DNA of 62,521 bases from Candidatus Aquivivens invisus. Lineage in GTDB: Bacteria > Omnitrophota > Gorgyraeia > Aquiviventales > Aquiviventaceae. The translations under genes and the position numbers were made by a program. This document shows, in pieces, positions 39,264 to 46,637 of the stretch. How positions within the stretch are numbered: the stretch's first letter is position 1; every line of letters begins with the position of its first letter. The notes under the pieces are model-generated. The model saw only the letters and a list, made by a program, of their open reading frames with translations, was not told the DNA's origin and ran no database searches. The stretch spans positions 1 to 62,521 of the forward strand of contig MHGA01000027.1 in the NCBI GenBank assembly GCA_001804415.1. Direction: 5' to 3'.

Positions 39264-39987
39264 GCGGCGCGTCTGTCAGGGTTGTGAGCAGGCGGCAGAA
39301 CGTTTCGGCGACGTGCCGGGAGAGCTGCTGCAACCGCCCGACATGGTGTTGGGTCTGGCGCCGGATGGCCATGGGATCAATCACACCGTGCAGGCTGTCC
39401 AGTTCCGCGCGGTTCACGGGCGTGCGCATCCACGCGCGGATCATCGGTTCGGTCACTTCCACGTGGAATTGCAGGCCGTAGACGTTATCGCGATACCGGA
39501 ACGCTTGCTCCATGCACAGCGGTGAGCTGGCCAATCGGATCGCGTCCTTGGGCAGCGCACAGGTGTCCCCATGCCATTGGAACACCGTCTCGGTGGAGCC
39601 GAAGGCCTCGAACAATGGATCACCGTCGGCGCCAGGCTCCCGCATCACCGGATACCAGCCGATTTCTTTCTGAGGATTTTTCGTCACCCTCGCCCCCAGC
39701 GCGGCCGCCAGCATCTGAGCCCCAAGGCACACCCCAAGGATCGGCAGCCCCTTGCGCAACGCCTCGCGCAACAGGGCCAATTCGATCGCCATCCAGGGGT
39801 GGCGATCTTGGTCATACACGCTCTGCGGTCCCCCCATGACGATCAACCCATCGATGCCATTGAGCGTCGGAGGAGCGGCCTCGGCCATCGCCACGGTCAA
39901 AAGCCGACAGCCGGCCTCTGTAAGACAGCCTTCAAAGCTGCCCAGCCGTTCATGAGGAACATGTTGGATGACGAGCAGTTGGGTCAT
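39256..39987 (-). CDS. Type 1 glutamine amidotransferase
   Basis: VMGGPQS, GVCLGAQ (Cys), FQWHGD, LQFHVE (His-Glu). Confidence 0.92.
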   Translation of the reverse strand: MTQLLVIQHVPHERLGSFEGCLTEAGCRLLTVAMAEAAPPTLNGIDGLIVMGGPQSVYDQDRHPWMAIELALLREALRKGLPILGVCLGAQMLAAALGARVTKNPQKEIGWYPVMREPGADGDPLFEAFGSTETVFQWHGDTCALPKDAIRLASSPLCMEQAFRYRDNVYGLQFHVEVTEPMIRAWMRTPVNRAELDSLHGVIDPMAIRRQTQHHVGRLQQLSRHVAETFCRLLTTLTDAPHG

Positions 39988-40017
39988 GCGGACGGTGGTT
40001 CAGGGTAGCATGAGCAG

Positions 40018-40048
40018 AAAGACGGGGCAAGCCTCTTGCCCCGTCTTT
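40018..40048 (-). terminator. Intrinsic terminator after glnA
   Basis: AAAGACGGGGCAAG-3 nt loop-CTTGCCCCGTCTTT. Confidence 0.8.
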
Positions 40049-40078
40049 CCAATCTCACCCCGCCAACGGGCGGGATGC

Positions 40079-41605
40079 TTACGCGTCAAAATAGAGGTAG
40101 AATTCGTACGGATGCGGCCGCAGGCGGACCTTGTCGATCTCCTGCCGCTTGAATTCCACCCACACGTCGATGACGTCTTTGGTGAACACGCCGCCCTTGA
40201 GCAAGAACTCGTGGTCGCGCTCGAGCGCGTCGAGCGACTCATCGAGCGACCCGGGCACCTGCTTCGGGGCCCGATCGGCCGACATCTCGTAGATATTCTC
40301 ATCCACCGGCTTGCCCGGATCGAGGCGGTTCTGAATCCCGTCGAGCCCCGCCATCAGCATCGCGGCGAAGGTCGTGTAGGGATTGCAGGACGGGTCCGGC
40401 GCGCGGAACTCCACCCGCTTGGACTTGGGATACTCGACATAGACCGGAATGCGGCAGATGGCGGAGCGGTTCCGAGCCGAGTAGGCCAGGTTCACCGGCG
40501 CCTCGTAGCCTGGGACCAACCGCTTGTAGGAGTTGGTCGTCGGGGCCGCGAAGGCCAGGATGGCGGGGGCGTGCTTGAGCAGCCCGCCGATATACCACTT
40601 GCACATCTGGCTGATGTTGGCGTAGCCGCCCTTCTCGAAGAAGAGGTTCCGATCCTGCTTCGTCAGGCTCTGGTGGGTGTGCATCCCGGAGCCGTTGTCG
40701 CCGAACAGCGGTTTGGGCATGTACGTCGCGACCTTGTTGTGCCGGCGGGCGACGTTCTTCGTAATGTACTTGAGCATCAACAGGTGATCGGCCATCTTGG
40801 TCAGCGTCGAGTAGCGCATGTCGATCTCGGCTTGGCCGGCGGTGGCCACCTCGTGATGGTGCTTCTCGACCGGCACCCCGACCGCGCGCGCCTTGCTCAT
40901 GATTTCGCTGCGGATGTCCTGGAAGATATCGTGCGGAGGAACCGGGAAGTAGCCTTCCTTGTAGCGGGGTTTGTACCCGAGGTTCGGCTTTTCATCCCGC
41001 CCGGTGTTCCAGTCCCCTTCGATGGAGTCGACGAAATAGTAGCTGGCGTTTTCCGTCGAGTCGAAGCGGATGTCATCGAAGATGAAGAACTCCGGCTCCG
41101 GCCCCCAGTAGCTCACATCCGCGATGCCGGTCTTCTTCAGGTACGCCTCGGCTTTCTTGGCGATGTAGCGGGGATCACGACTGTAGGGCTGCCTGGTGAG
41201 CGGGTCGTAGATGTCGCAGATGAGGCTGAGGGTTGGCGTCTCACACACCGGATCCAAGACCGCGGTGGTCGGGTCAGCGAACAGATTCATGTCGGATTCT
41301 TGGATCTTCTGGAAGCCTCGGATGGAGGAGCCGTCGAACCCGATGCCGTCGACCCAGATCCCTTCCCTCGCGCTCTGGGCGACTTCCTCGACCGGGATAG
41401 AGAAGTGCTGCCACAACCCGGGCAGGTCGTTGAACTTCAAATCGACGACGGTGATCTTGTGCTTGCGGATGACCTCCCACACGCGCTTCACCGCGTCCTC
41501 GGTGATATTCGCCGGGCGGGAGTTGGTGGACGCCTCCGCCCGCACCCTCGGGCGGCTGGCGGCTACGGCGATCCGTCGACGAGCAGCAAGCGTCCCTCTA
41601 GGCAT
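40079..41605 (-). CDS. glnA: Type I glutamine synthetase
   Basis: FDGSSIRGF, GPEPEFFIF, HHEVATAGQ, GDNGSGMH, RLVPGYEAP, NIYE adenylylation-site Tyr; AAGGAGGT RBS. Confidence 0.97.
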   Translation of the reverse strand: MPRGTLAARRRIAVAASRPRVRAEASTNSRPANITEDAVKRVWEVIRKHKITVVDLKFNDLPGLWQHFSIPVEEVAQSAREGIWVDGIGFDGSSIRGFQKIQESDMNLFADPTTAVLDPVCETPTLSLICDIYDPLTRQPYSRDPRYIAKKAEAYLKKTGIADVSYWGPEPEFFIFDDIRFDSTENASYYFVDSIEGDWNTGRDEKPNLGYKPRYKEGYFPVPPHDIFQDIRSEIMSKARAVGVPVEKHHHEVATAGQAEIDMRYSTLTKMADHLLMLKYITKNVARRHNKVATYMPKPLFGDNGSGMHTHQSLTKQDRNLFFEKGGYANISQMCKWYIGGLLKHAPAILAFAAPTTNSYKRLVPGYEAPVNLAYSARNRSAICRIPVYVEYPKSKRVEFRAPDPSCNPYTTFAAMLMAGLDGIQNRLDPGKPVDENIYEMSADRAPKQVPGSLDESLDALERDHEFLLKGGVFTKDVIDVWVEFKRQEIDKVRLRPHPYEFYLYFDA

Positions 41606-41683
41606 AGTTTGACCTCCTTGTCATGGGATCTCTGGAATGTTCCAGTGCCTCAAACGGCCGTCCCCGGGAAGGACGGTCCTCCT

Positions 41684-41711
41684 AGTATAGCAAAGACCTT
41701 CCTGCGGTCAA
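41684..41711 (-). promoter_or_regulatory. glnA promoter
   Basis: TTGACC-16 bp-TATACT with TGn extension. Confidence 0.6.
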
Positions 41712-41720
41712 GCGCACTCT

Positions 41721-41796
41721 CAATTCGGAATGCGGAAGTGGGAATTCGGAACGCCTACGTTGACATTCCGCACTCCGCATTCGTCATTCCGCATTG
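41721..41796. repeat. Heptamer-based palindrome (CATTCCG family) between glnK and the glnA promoter
   Basis: CGGAATG/CGGAAGT/CGGAACG versus CATTCCG/CACTCCG units. Confidence 0.7.
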
Positions 41797-41799
41797 GTC

Positions 41800-42138
41800 T
41801 TACAGGGCGCCTTCCCCCCGCTCCCCGGTACGGATCCGGTACACGTCTCGGACATCCGACACGAAGATCTTCCCGTCCCCGACAGCCCCTGTCTTGGCTG
41901 AGGAGGCGATGGTCTGGATGATCCGCTCTGCGTCGCCGTCACTGACGACCAGATCCAGCTTGGCCTTCGGCAACAGGTCCACGCGGTACGATTCCCCGCG
42001 CCACTGTTGCGTTACGCCTTTCTGCTTCCCGTGGCCTTCGACCTCGCTGACGGTCATCCCGGGATAGCCGGCTTTCCCGAGGGCGCGGCGGACGTCTTCC
42101 ACTTTGTCCGGTCGAATAATGGCTTCGATTCTTTTCAT
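41800..42138 (-). CDS. glnK: PII nitrogen regulator with full T-loop
   Basis: IEAIIRP, GHGKQKG..WRGESY, TGAVGDGKIF, RIRTGE; directly after amtB. Confidence 0.93.
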   Translation of the reverse strand: MKRIEAIIRPDKVEDVRRALGKAGYPGMTVSEVEGHGKQKGVTQQWRGESYRVDLLPKAKLDLVVSDGDAERIIQTIASSAKTGAVGDGKIFVSDVRDVYRIRTGERGEGAL

Positions 42139-42145
42139 CGTCTCC

Positions 42146-43477
42146 TCACTCCGCGATCCGCTCGGCGATCCTGACGTAGGAGTACGCCGGCTTGCGTGTC
42201 ACGAACTCCGGGTAGGTCGTCTGTCCATGTTCCCCGATGTCCAACCCTTCGATTTCTTCCTGGATGCTCACCCGAATCCCCATGGTGACTTTCAGCAACC
42301 ACCACGCCGCGTACGAGGTGAGAAACGCAAAGAGCGCGACCGCTCCGATCCCCTGGAGTTGAATCATCAACTGCTTCAGGCCGCCTCCGAAGAACAGACC
42401 AGCCGCCTGACCAGGAGTCCACTGGGATTCCGCAAACAATCCGACGCAGAGGGTCCCAAAGACTCCATTGCAGAGGTGAACAGCCAAGGCGCCAACCGGA
42501 TCATCGACCTTGACCTTATCGAAGCCGATGACGGCTAACACGACCAGGACCCCGGCGATGACGCCGATAATCGCCGAGCTCATCACGCTGACGAAGGCAC
42601 AGGGAGCGGTAATCGCCACCAGGCCGGCCAGACAGCCGTTGATGGTCATCCCCAGGTCCGGCTTGCCCAGCAACATCGTGGAGAGAACCGTCGCTGACAG
42701 CATGGCGGCAGCGGCGGCGGTGTTCGTGGTGATGCAGATGCGGGAGATCGCCTCCACATCAGCCGCCATCGTGGAGCCCGGGTTAAATCCAAACCACCCC
42801 AACCACAGGACGAAACACCCGATCAACCCCAGCGAGAGGTTATGTCCTGGAATCGGATTCGCCGAACCATCCTTATTGTATTTCCCATACCGCGGCCCTA
42901 AGGCCAAGATGCCGGCTAAGCCCGCCCATCCGCCGATGGAGTGCACCTGGGTCGACCCCGCGAAGTCGAGAAATCCCTTTCCCGCCAACCAGCCGCCACC
43001 CCAAATCCAGTGGCCGATGATGGGGTAGATCAACATCGTGATCACAAAGCTGAACGCAATGAACGAGAAGTACTTGATCCGTTCTGCGACACATCCTGAG
43101 ACAATCGTCGCCGCCGTCCCACAGAACACCAGCTGAAAGAAGAACTTGGCCAGCAGTGGCACGCCGGTCCAGTTCAGCGAGGCATACACGCCTTTGTACG
43201 CTTCGCCGGTCGCCGGGCTGTTATCCGCTCCCCCAAGCAGCAGCAATCCTTCTGTACCTAGAAACGGGGTGCCGTTGCCGAACATCAACCCGTACCCCAG
43301 CACCCAGAAGCCGATTGTGGAGACTGCAAACACGATGAAGTTCTTGGACAGGATGTTCGTTGAGTTCTTCACCCGGCAGAAGCCCGTCTCGACACACGCG
43401 AAGCCGAGGTTCATGAAGAACACCAGCATCGCGGTGACGAGCGTCCACATCGTATCCGCCATCACTTTTGGATCCAT
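42146..43477 (-). CDS. amtB: Ammonium transporter
   Basis: TIVSGCVAER, GHWIWGGG, DFAGST.VH, GWFGFNPG, NGCLAGLVAIT, DDPVGALAVH. Confidence 0.96.
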   Translation of the reverse strand: MDPKVMADTMWTLVTAMLVFFMNLGFACVETGFCRVKNSTNILSKNFIVFAVSTIGFWVLGYGLMFGNGTPFLGTEGLLLLGGADNSPATGEAYKGVYASLNWTGVPLLAKFFFQLVFCGTAATIVSGCVAERIKYFSFIAFSFVITMLIYPIIGHWIWGGGWLAGKGFLDFAGSTQVHSIGGWAGLAGILALGPRYGKYNKDGSANPIPGHNLSLGLIGCFVLWLGWFGFNPGSTMAADVEAISRICITTNTAAAAAMLSATVLSTMLLGKPDLGMTINGCLAGLVAITAPCAFVSVMSSAIIGVIAGVLVVLAVIGFDKVKVDDPVGALAVHLCNGVFGTLCVGLFAESQWTPGQAAGLFFGGGLKQLMIQLQGIGAVALFAFLTSYAAWWLLKVTMGIRVSIQEEIEGLDIGEHGQTTYPEFVTRKPAYSYVRIAERIAE

Positions 43478-43525
43478 GTTTTCCTCCTCGTCAACAAGCT
43501 CTCACTCACTGCTTACTCACTCTGT

Positions 43526-44839
43526 TTAGAAGTGGTAAATGACCTCGGCTGCCACGGTGTCCTGGTAGCTGGAGAAGCCATCGGTGTCGTGGAAGAACAC
43601 CCGCTGGTCGGCGAAGTCATGGCGATATTCCAGCCGAGCCAACACATGCTCGTAGAGCTTCCACTGGCTGGTGAGCGTCCACTCCTGGAAATCGATGTCC
43701 GGGGGCGTGCCGCCGCCGAAGCTGGTGAAGCCGGTGCGGACGTTGTCCTTGTCATCGAACCATTCCCACCGACCCGCCAGCGACCAGGTGGGGGTGAAGT
43801 CATACTTGGCATAGAGCGCCAAGCCGGTCCAGTTGATTCCCGCTTCGCTCGTGCCGGCCGGAGCCACAGCGCTCTCATGGCCGTAGTCGTAGTTGGCCAT
43901 CAGGGTCAGCTTGTCCGTCGCCTGGTAGGTCGCCACCAAGTCGATGACCGTACGCTTGTCGTTGCTGTCACCGGCTTGCTCGGCTCCGTGGATGCCGTTG
44001 AAGGACAGCGTGACGCCCTCAAGCGGCGTCAGGGTGAGGTTGCCCAGCAACGTCTTGGCTTTGTTGTTGTCATCCACGATATCCCAGCCGTTGACGACTC
44101 CCAAGGTCGTTGAGCCCCATTCCCCAAGCGGGTAGGAGGCCAGCACGCCGGTGTGGGTGAAGGGAATCGCATAACCGAAGAGGAGCGACCGGGAAAAGTT
44201 CCAGTTGGCCGGGCTTTCGATCACCTCGGCCCCTAGCAAGGTCACGAACTTCCCGATCTTGAAATCAATCCCGTCGCCGACCGGCGCATGAGCCGTCACG
44301 TAGAGCTGCTGGACATCGATATCTTCTCCAGCGGCCCCCAGTCCGGCCGACTTGATGACGGAGGCGTCATCGCCGAAGAACAGATCGGTGCGAAACCCAA
44401 ACGGCATGGCATCTGATAACGGTTTCTCAAGCACGAGCTTAAACGCGTGCGGGGTGAAACCGTTGGGCTCGTTGTCAAACACCCGGCCGCGATTCAGCCG
44501 TGTGCCCGAGGCGACCCCGGTGGTTGAGTTGGGGCTCGGCTCCGCGAAGTTAAAGACGTAGGACACATCCGCATACCCGCTCATGGCCAACCCCTGCAGG
44601 CCACTGGGCAGCTCCAACGTGGGCAGACCGGCTTTTTCGCCAAGACCCGTCCCGCCCGTGAACGTGCCGCCGCCGACTTGCGATTCCAGCTGGGCCAATC
44701 GCTGCTTCAGGACTTCAATGTCCGCTTTCAAGGCCGCTGTGTCGGCTTCGTCAGCCCCCACCGGAGCAGCCCCAAGCACCAAGCACCAAGCACCAAGCAC
44801 AAAGCCAATCGGCCAACGACGTGCTGACAAGCCCTTCAT
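43526..44839 (-). CDS. Putative outer-membrane beta-barrel porin
   Basis: Signal peptide, short coiled coil, amphipathic strands, GKFVTLLGAEVIE, terminal F (VIYHF). Confidence 0.8.
   Translation of the reverse strand: MKGLSARRWPIGFVLGAWCLVLGAAPVGADEADTAALKADIEVLKQRLAQLESQVGGGTFTGGTGLGEKAGLPTLELPSGLQGLAMSGYADVSYVFNFAEPSPNSTTGVASGTRLNRGRVFDNEPNGFTPHAFKLVLEKPLSDAMPFGFRTDLFFGDDASVIKSAGLGAAGEDIDVQQLYVTAHAPVGDGIDFKIGKFVTLLGAEVIESPANWNFSRSLLFGYAIPFTHTGVLASYPLGEWGSTTLGVVNGWDIVDDNNKAKTLLGNLTLTPLEGVTLSFNGIHGAEQAGDSNDKRTVIDLVATYQATDKLTLMANYDYGHESAVAPAGTSEAGINWTGLALYAKYDFTPTWSLAGRWEWFDDKDNVRTGFTSFGGGTPPDIDFQEWTLTSQWKLYEHVLARLEYRHDFADQRVFFHDTDGFSSYQDTVAAEVIYHF
44773..44800. repeat. (CAAGCAC)x4 perfect tandem in the porin signal peptide
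   Basis: Read directly; encodes VLGAWCLVL on the minus strand. Confidence 0.9.
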
Positions 44840-45111
44840 CGTTCCTCCTCCTTGTTGTGAGGTGGTGACTTCCTCGCGAGCTGCTGACCTGACTTCTTGG
44901 GACGCCTGACCAGATTCGCTTTGGCAAACTTCGGGAAGCATTGATGGGGAACTTCGACGGCCTTCGCCGGGATGGCGTCGGTCTCGCTTGGGGTGGCGGT
45001 GGCTACAGACACATTGGCCGCCCACGATGAATCAGCAGTCAGCACTAAGCAGTAAGCACTAAGCAGTAAGCTAAATGACCAACGACGGGCTAGTGAGCGC
45101 TTCATGGTCAT
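44836..45111 (-). CDS. Small putative secreted basic protein
   Basis: ATGA-coupled to PII and to the porin; signal-peptide-like LLLSAYCLVLTADSSWA. Confidence 0.55.
   Translation of the reverse strand: MTMKRSLARRWSFSLLLSAYCLVLTADSSWAANVSVATATPSETDAIPAKAVEVPHQCFPKFAKANLVRRPKKSGQQLARKSPPHNKEEER
45032..45073. repeat. Six T(C/A)AGCA(G/C)-type heptamers in a signal-peptide-coding region
   Basis: TCAGCAG TCAGCAC TAAGCAG TAAGCAC TAAGCAG TAAGCTA. Confidence 0.85.
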
Positions 45112-45413
45112 ACTAAGGCTGCCGCGCCTTCTTCTTTGGTGCGGATGCGCATCACGTTATCCAGCGGTAGCACCGCGATCTTGCCGTCCCCGGTCTTGCC
45201 GGTGTACGCCGCTTGTTGGATGGTCTTGACGAGCGTGTCCACCTCAAGCTCCATCGCGTAGAGTTCAATCTTGACCTTGGTGGTTGCCGGCTTGCGCTGG
45301 TGACCAAACCCTTTGACTTCGCTGATCGTCATCCCGCCGACCCAGGCATGGCGCAAGGCCTGTTCGACGCTCGCGAGCTTGTCGGGACGAATGATGCACT
45401 CGATTTTCTTCAT
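45108..45413 (-). CDS. PII family protein with truncated T-loop
   Basis: KIECIIRPDK, EVKGFGHQRKPATTKVKIE, TGKTGDGKI, RIRT. Confidence 0.9.
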   Translation of the reverse strand: MKKIECIIRPDKLASVEQALRHAWVGGMTISEVKGFGHQRKPATTKVKIELYAMELEVDTLVKTIQQAAYTGKTGDGKIAVLPLDNVMRIRTKEEGAAALV

Positions 45414-45455
45414 GGCGGAACCTCGTGCTCATAGGCTCTCAGGATACTCAGGCGC

Positions 45456-45493
45456 GTTACAGGCACACGACGCGCATGTTAAATCGATGTAAC
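45456..45493 (-). promoter_or_regulatory. GlnR-like box array B upstream of the PII-porin-amtB-glnK operon
   Basis: GTTAC-n6-TTAAC-n6-GTCGT-n6-GTAAC, then -10-like TATCCT (45446-45441). Confidence 0.7.
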
Positions 45494-45802
45494 TTGAGGC
45501 AGGAACCGATACCCCTCCCCAGGCACTTGCTCGATGAGCCGTTCCCCGTTGAGTTCGAGGCGCCCCTTGAGGGAGCGGATGAGCTCCCCAACAACCCCGA
45601 TCCCCCCCACATCATGGCGACCGAGACCTTCTTCGACTAACCGGCGGGTCGTGACGACATATCCGGCGTGTGTAGCCAGATACACGAGCACGGCATATTC
45701 CCGGTAGCTCATCGGCACGGGTTGGCCTCGCACCGACACCAGGTAGCGCTCCATGTCGATGGTGAGCGCTCCCTGCTGGATGATAAGCGGAGCCGTCATC
45801 AT
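45479..45802 (-). CDS. Stand-alone OmpR/PhoB-type winged-helix DNA-binding protein
   Basis: GALTID.ERYLVSVRGQPV.MSYREY.VL.YL...LIEQVPGEGYRF; no receiver domain. Confidence 0.8.
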   Translation of the reverse strand: MMTAPLIIQQGALTIDMERYLVSVRGQPVPMSYREYAVLVYLATHAGYVVTTRRLVEEGLGRHDVGGIGVVGELIRSLKGRLELNGERLIEQVPGEGYRFLPQVTSI

Positions 45803-45825
45803 GGAAAGGAGGGTAACGGAGGCAG

Positions 45826-45863
45826 GTTACCGACAGATCACGGGAGGGTTAAATCGGGGTAAC
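45826..45863 (-). promoter_or_regulatory. GlnR-like box array A upstream of the winged-helix gene
   Basis: GTTAC-n6-TTAAC-n6-GTGAT-n6-GTAAC, then -10-like TACCCT (45815-45810). Confidence 0.7.
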
Positions 45864-46540
45864 TAGGCCGGAACCACGAATTTGTAGCCGACGTGGCGGA
45901 GGGTTTCGATGTAGCGCACGCCGCGCCGCTCGATCTTGACGCGCAGGCGGCGGACGTGGACATCGACGGTGCGGGTGCCGGCGTACGATTCATAGCCCCA
46001 GACCTGATCGAGCAGGGCATCCCGCGTGAAGACGCGCCCCGGGTGGGTCGCGAGGAACTTCAGCAGCTCAAACTCCTGATGCGTCAGCGCGACCCGCTGC
46101 CCGTGGGCGTGGACCTCATAGCTCTCGAAATTGATGGCCAACGCTCCGATCTTCAAGCCGTTGGTCGGCTCCACGCGGCTGGACTTCCACATGAGAAACC
46201 GCAAGCGCTCCAGGAGGCGTTTGTCGGTCAGGGGAAGCGTCAGGTAGTCATCGACGCCGTCACTATAGTTGAGGTGCCCGAGCTGCTCCTCAGTCACAAG
46301 GGCCACCAACGGCAGGGTCTTGAGCACCCGATCCTTCCGGATGAGCCGGCAGAGATGGTGGACGTCCGTCTGCGTCTCCTCCAGATCCATAAGGATCACA
46401 TCGGTCTTGGGCGAGGCGAAATCGGCGGACGCCAACTGGCGCGAGGTCACCATCGAAACGGCATGCCCCTGCTCCAACAGGCAGGATTTGAGCAGCTTGC
46501 GCTCCTCGGCGTTATCGGTGATGAACAGGACGCGATACAT
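45863..46540 (-). CDS. Orphan atypical OmpR-family response regulator (GlnR-like)
   Basis: Receiver with ILMD but DDYLTLPL in place of the conserved K-P; LTHQEFELLKFL, TRTVDVHVRRLR, VGYKF; no kinase nearby. Confidence 0.85.
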   Translation of the reverse strand: MYRVLFITDNAEERKLLKSCLLEQGHAVSMVTSRQLASADFASPKTDVILMDLEETQTDVHHLCRLIRKDRVLKTLPLVALVTEEQLGHLNYSDGVDDYLTLPLTDKRLLERLRFLMWKSSRVEPTNGLKIGALAINFESYEVHAHGQRVALTHQEFELLKFLATHPGRVFTRDALLDQVWGYESYAGTRTVDVHVRRLRVKIERRGVRYIETLRHVGYKFVVPA

Positions 46541-46546
46541 CGAGAT

Positions 46547-46632
46547 CAGCACACAGCACACAGCAGACAGCAGACAGCATCCGTCCGGCGCGAGCTGGTG
46601 CTCTGTGTGCTGTGTGCTAACTGCTGCGTGCT
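46547..46632. repeat. Heptamer-based palindrome (CAGCACA family)
   Basis: CAGCACA x2, CAGCAGA x2 versus TGTGCTG-type units. Confidence 0.8.
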
Positions 46633-46637
46633 CGTCA

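Noticed and set aside
41606-41690. glnA glutamine riboswitch
   Set aside because: Lacks the E-loop GGAAGTA...TGAA consensus; only generic hairpins
39968-42067. 699-aa plus-strand ORF (also 52602-54764, 18820-20247, 8356-9453 and many others)
   Set aside because: Antisense shadows of well-supported genes (glnA, TBDR, etc.), expected in high-GC DNA; no recognisable motifs
46547-46632. Possible CRISPR array from the repeated short units
   Set aside because: Units are 7 bp, degenerate and lack unique spacers; no cas genes in the window
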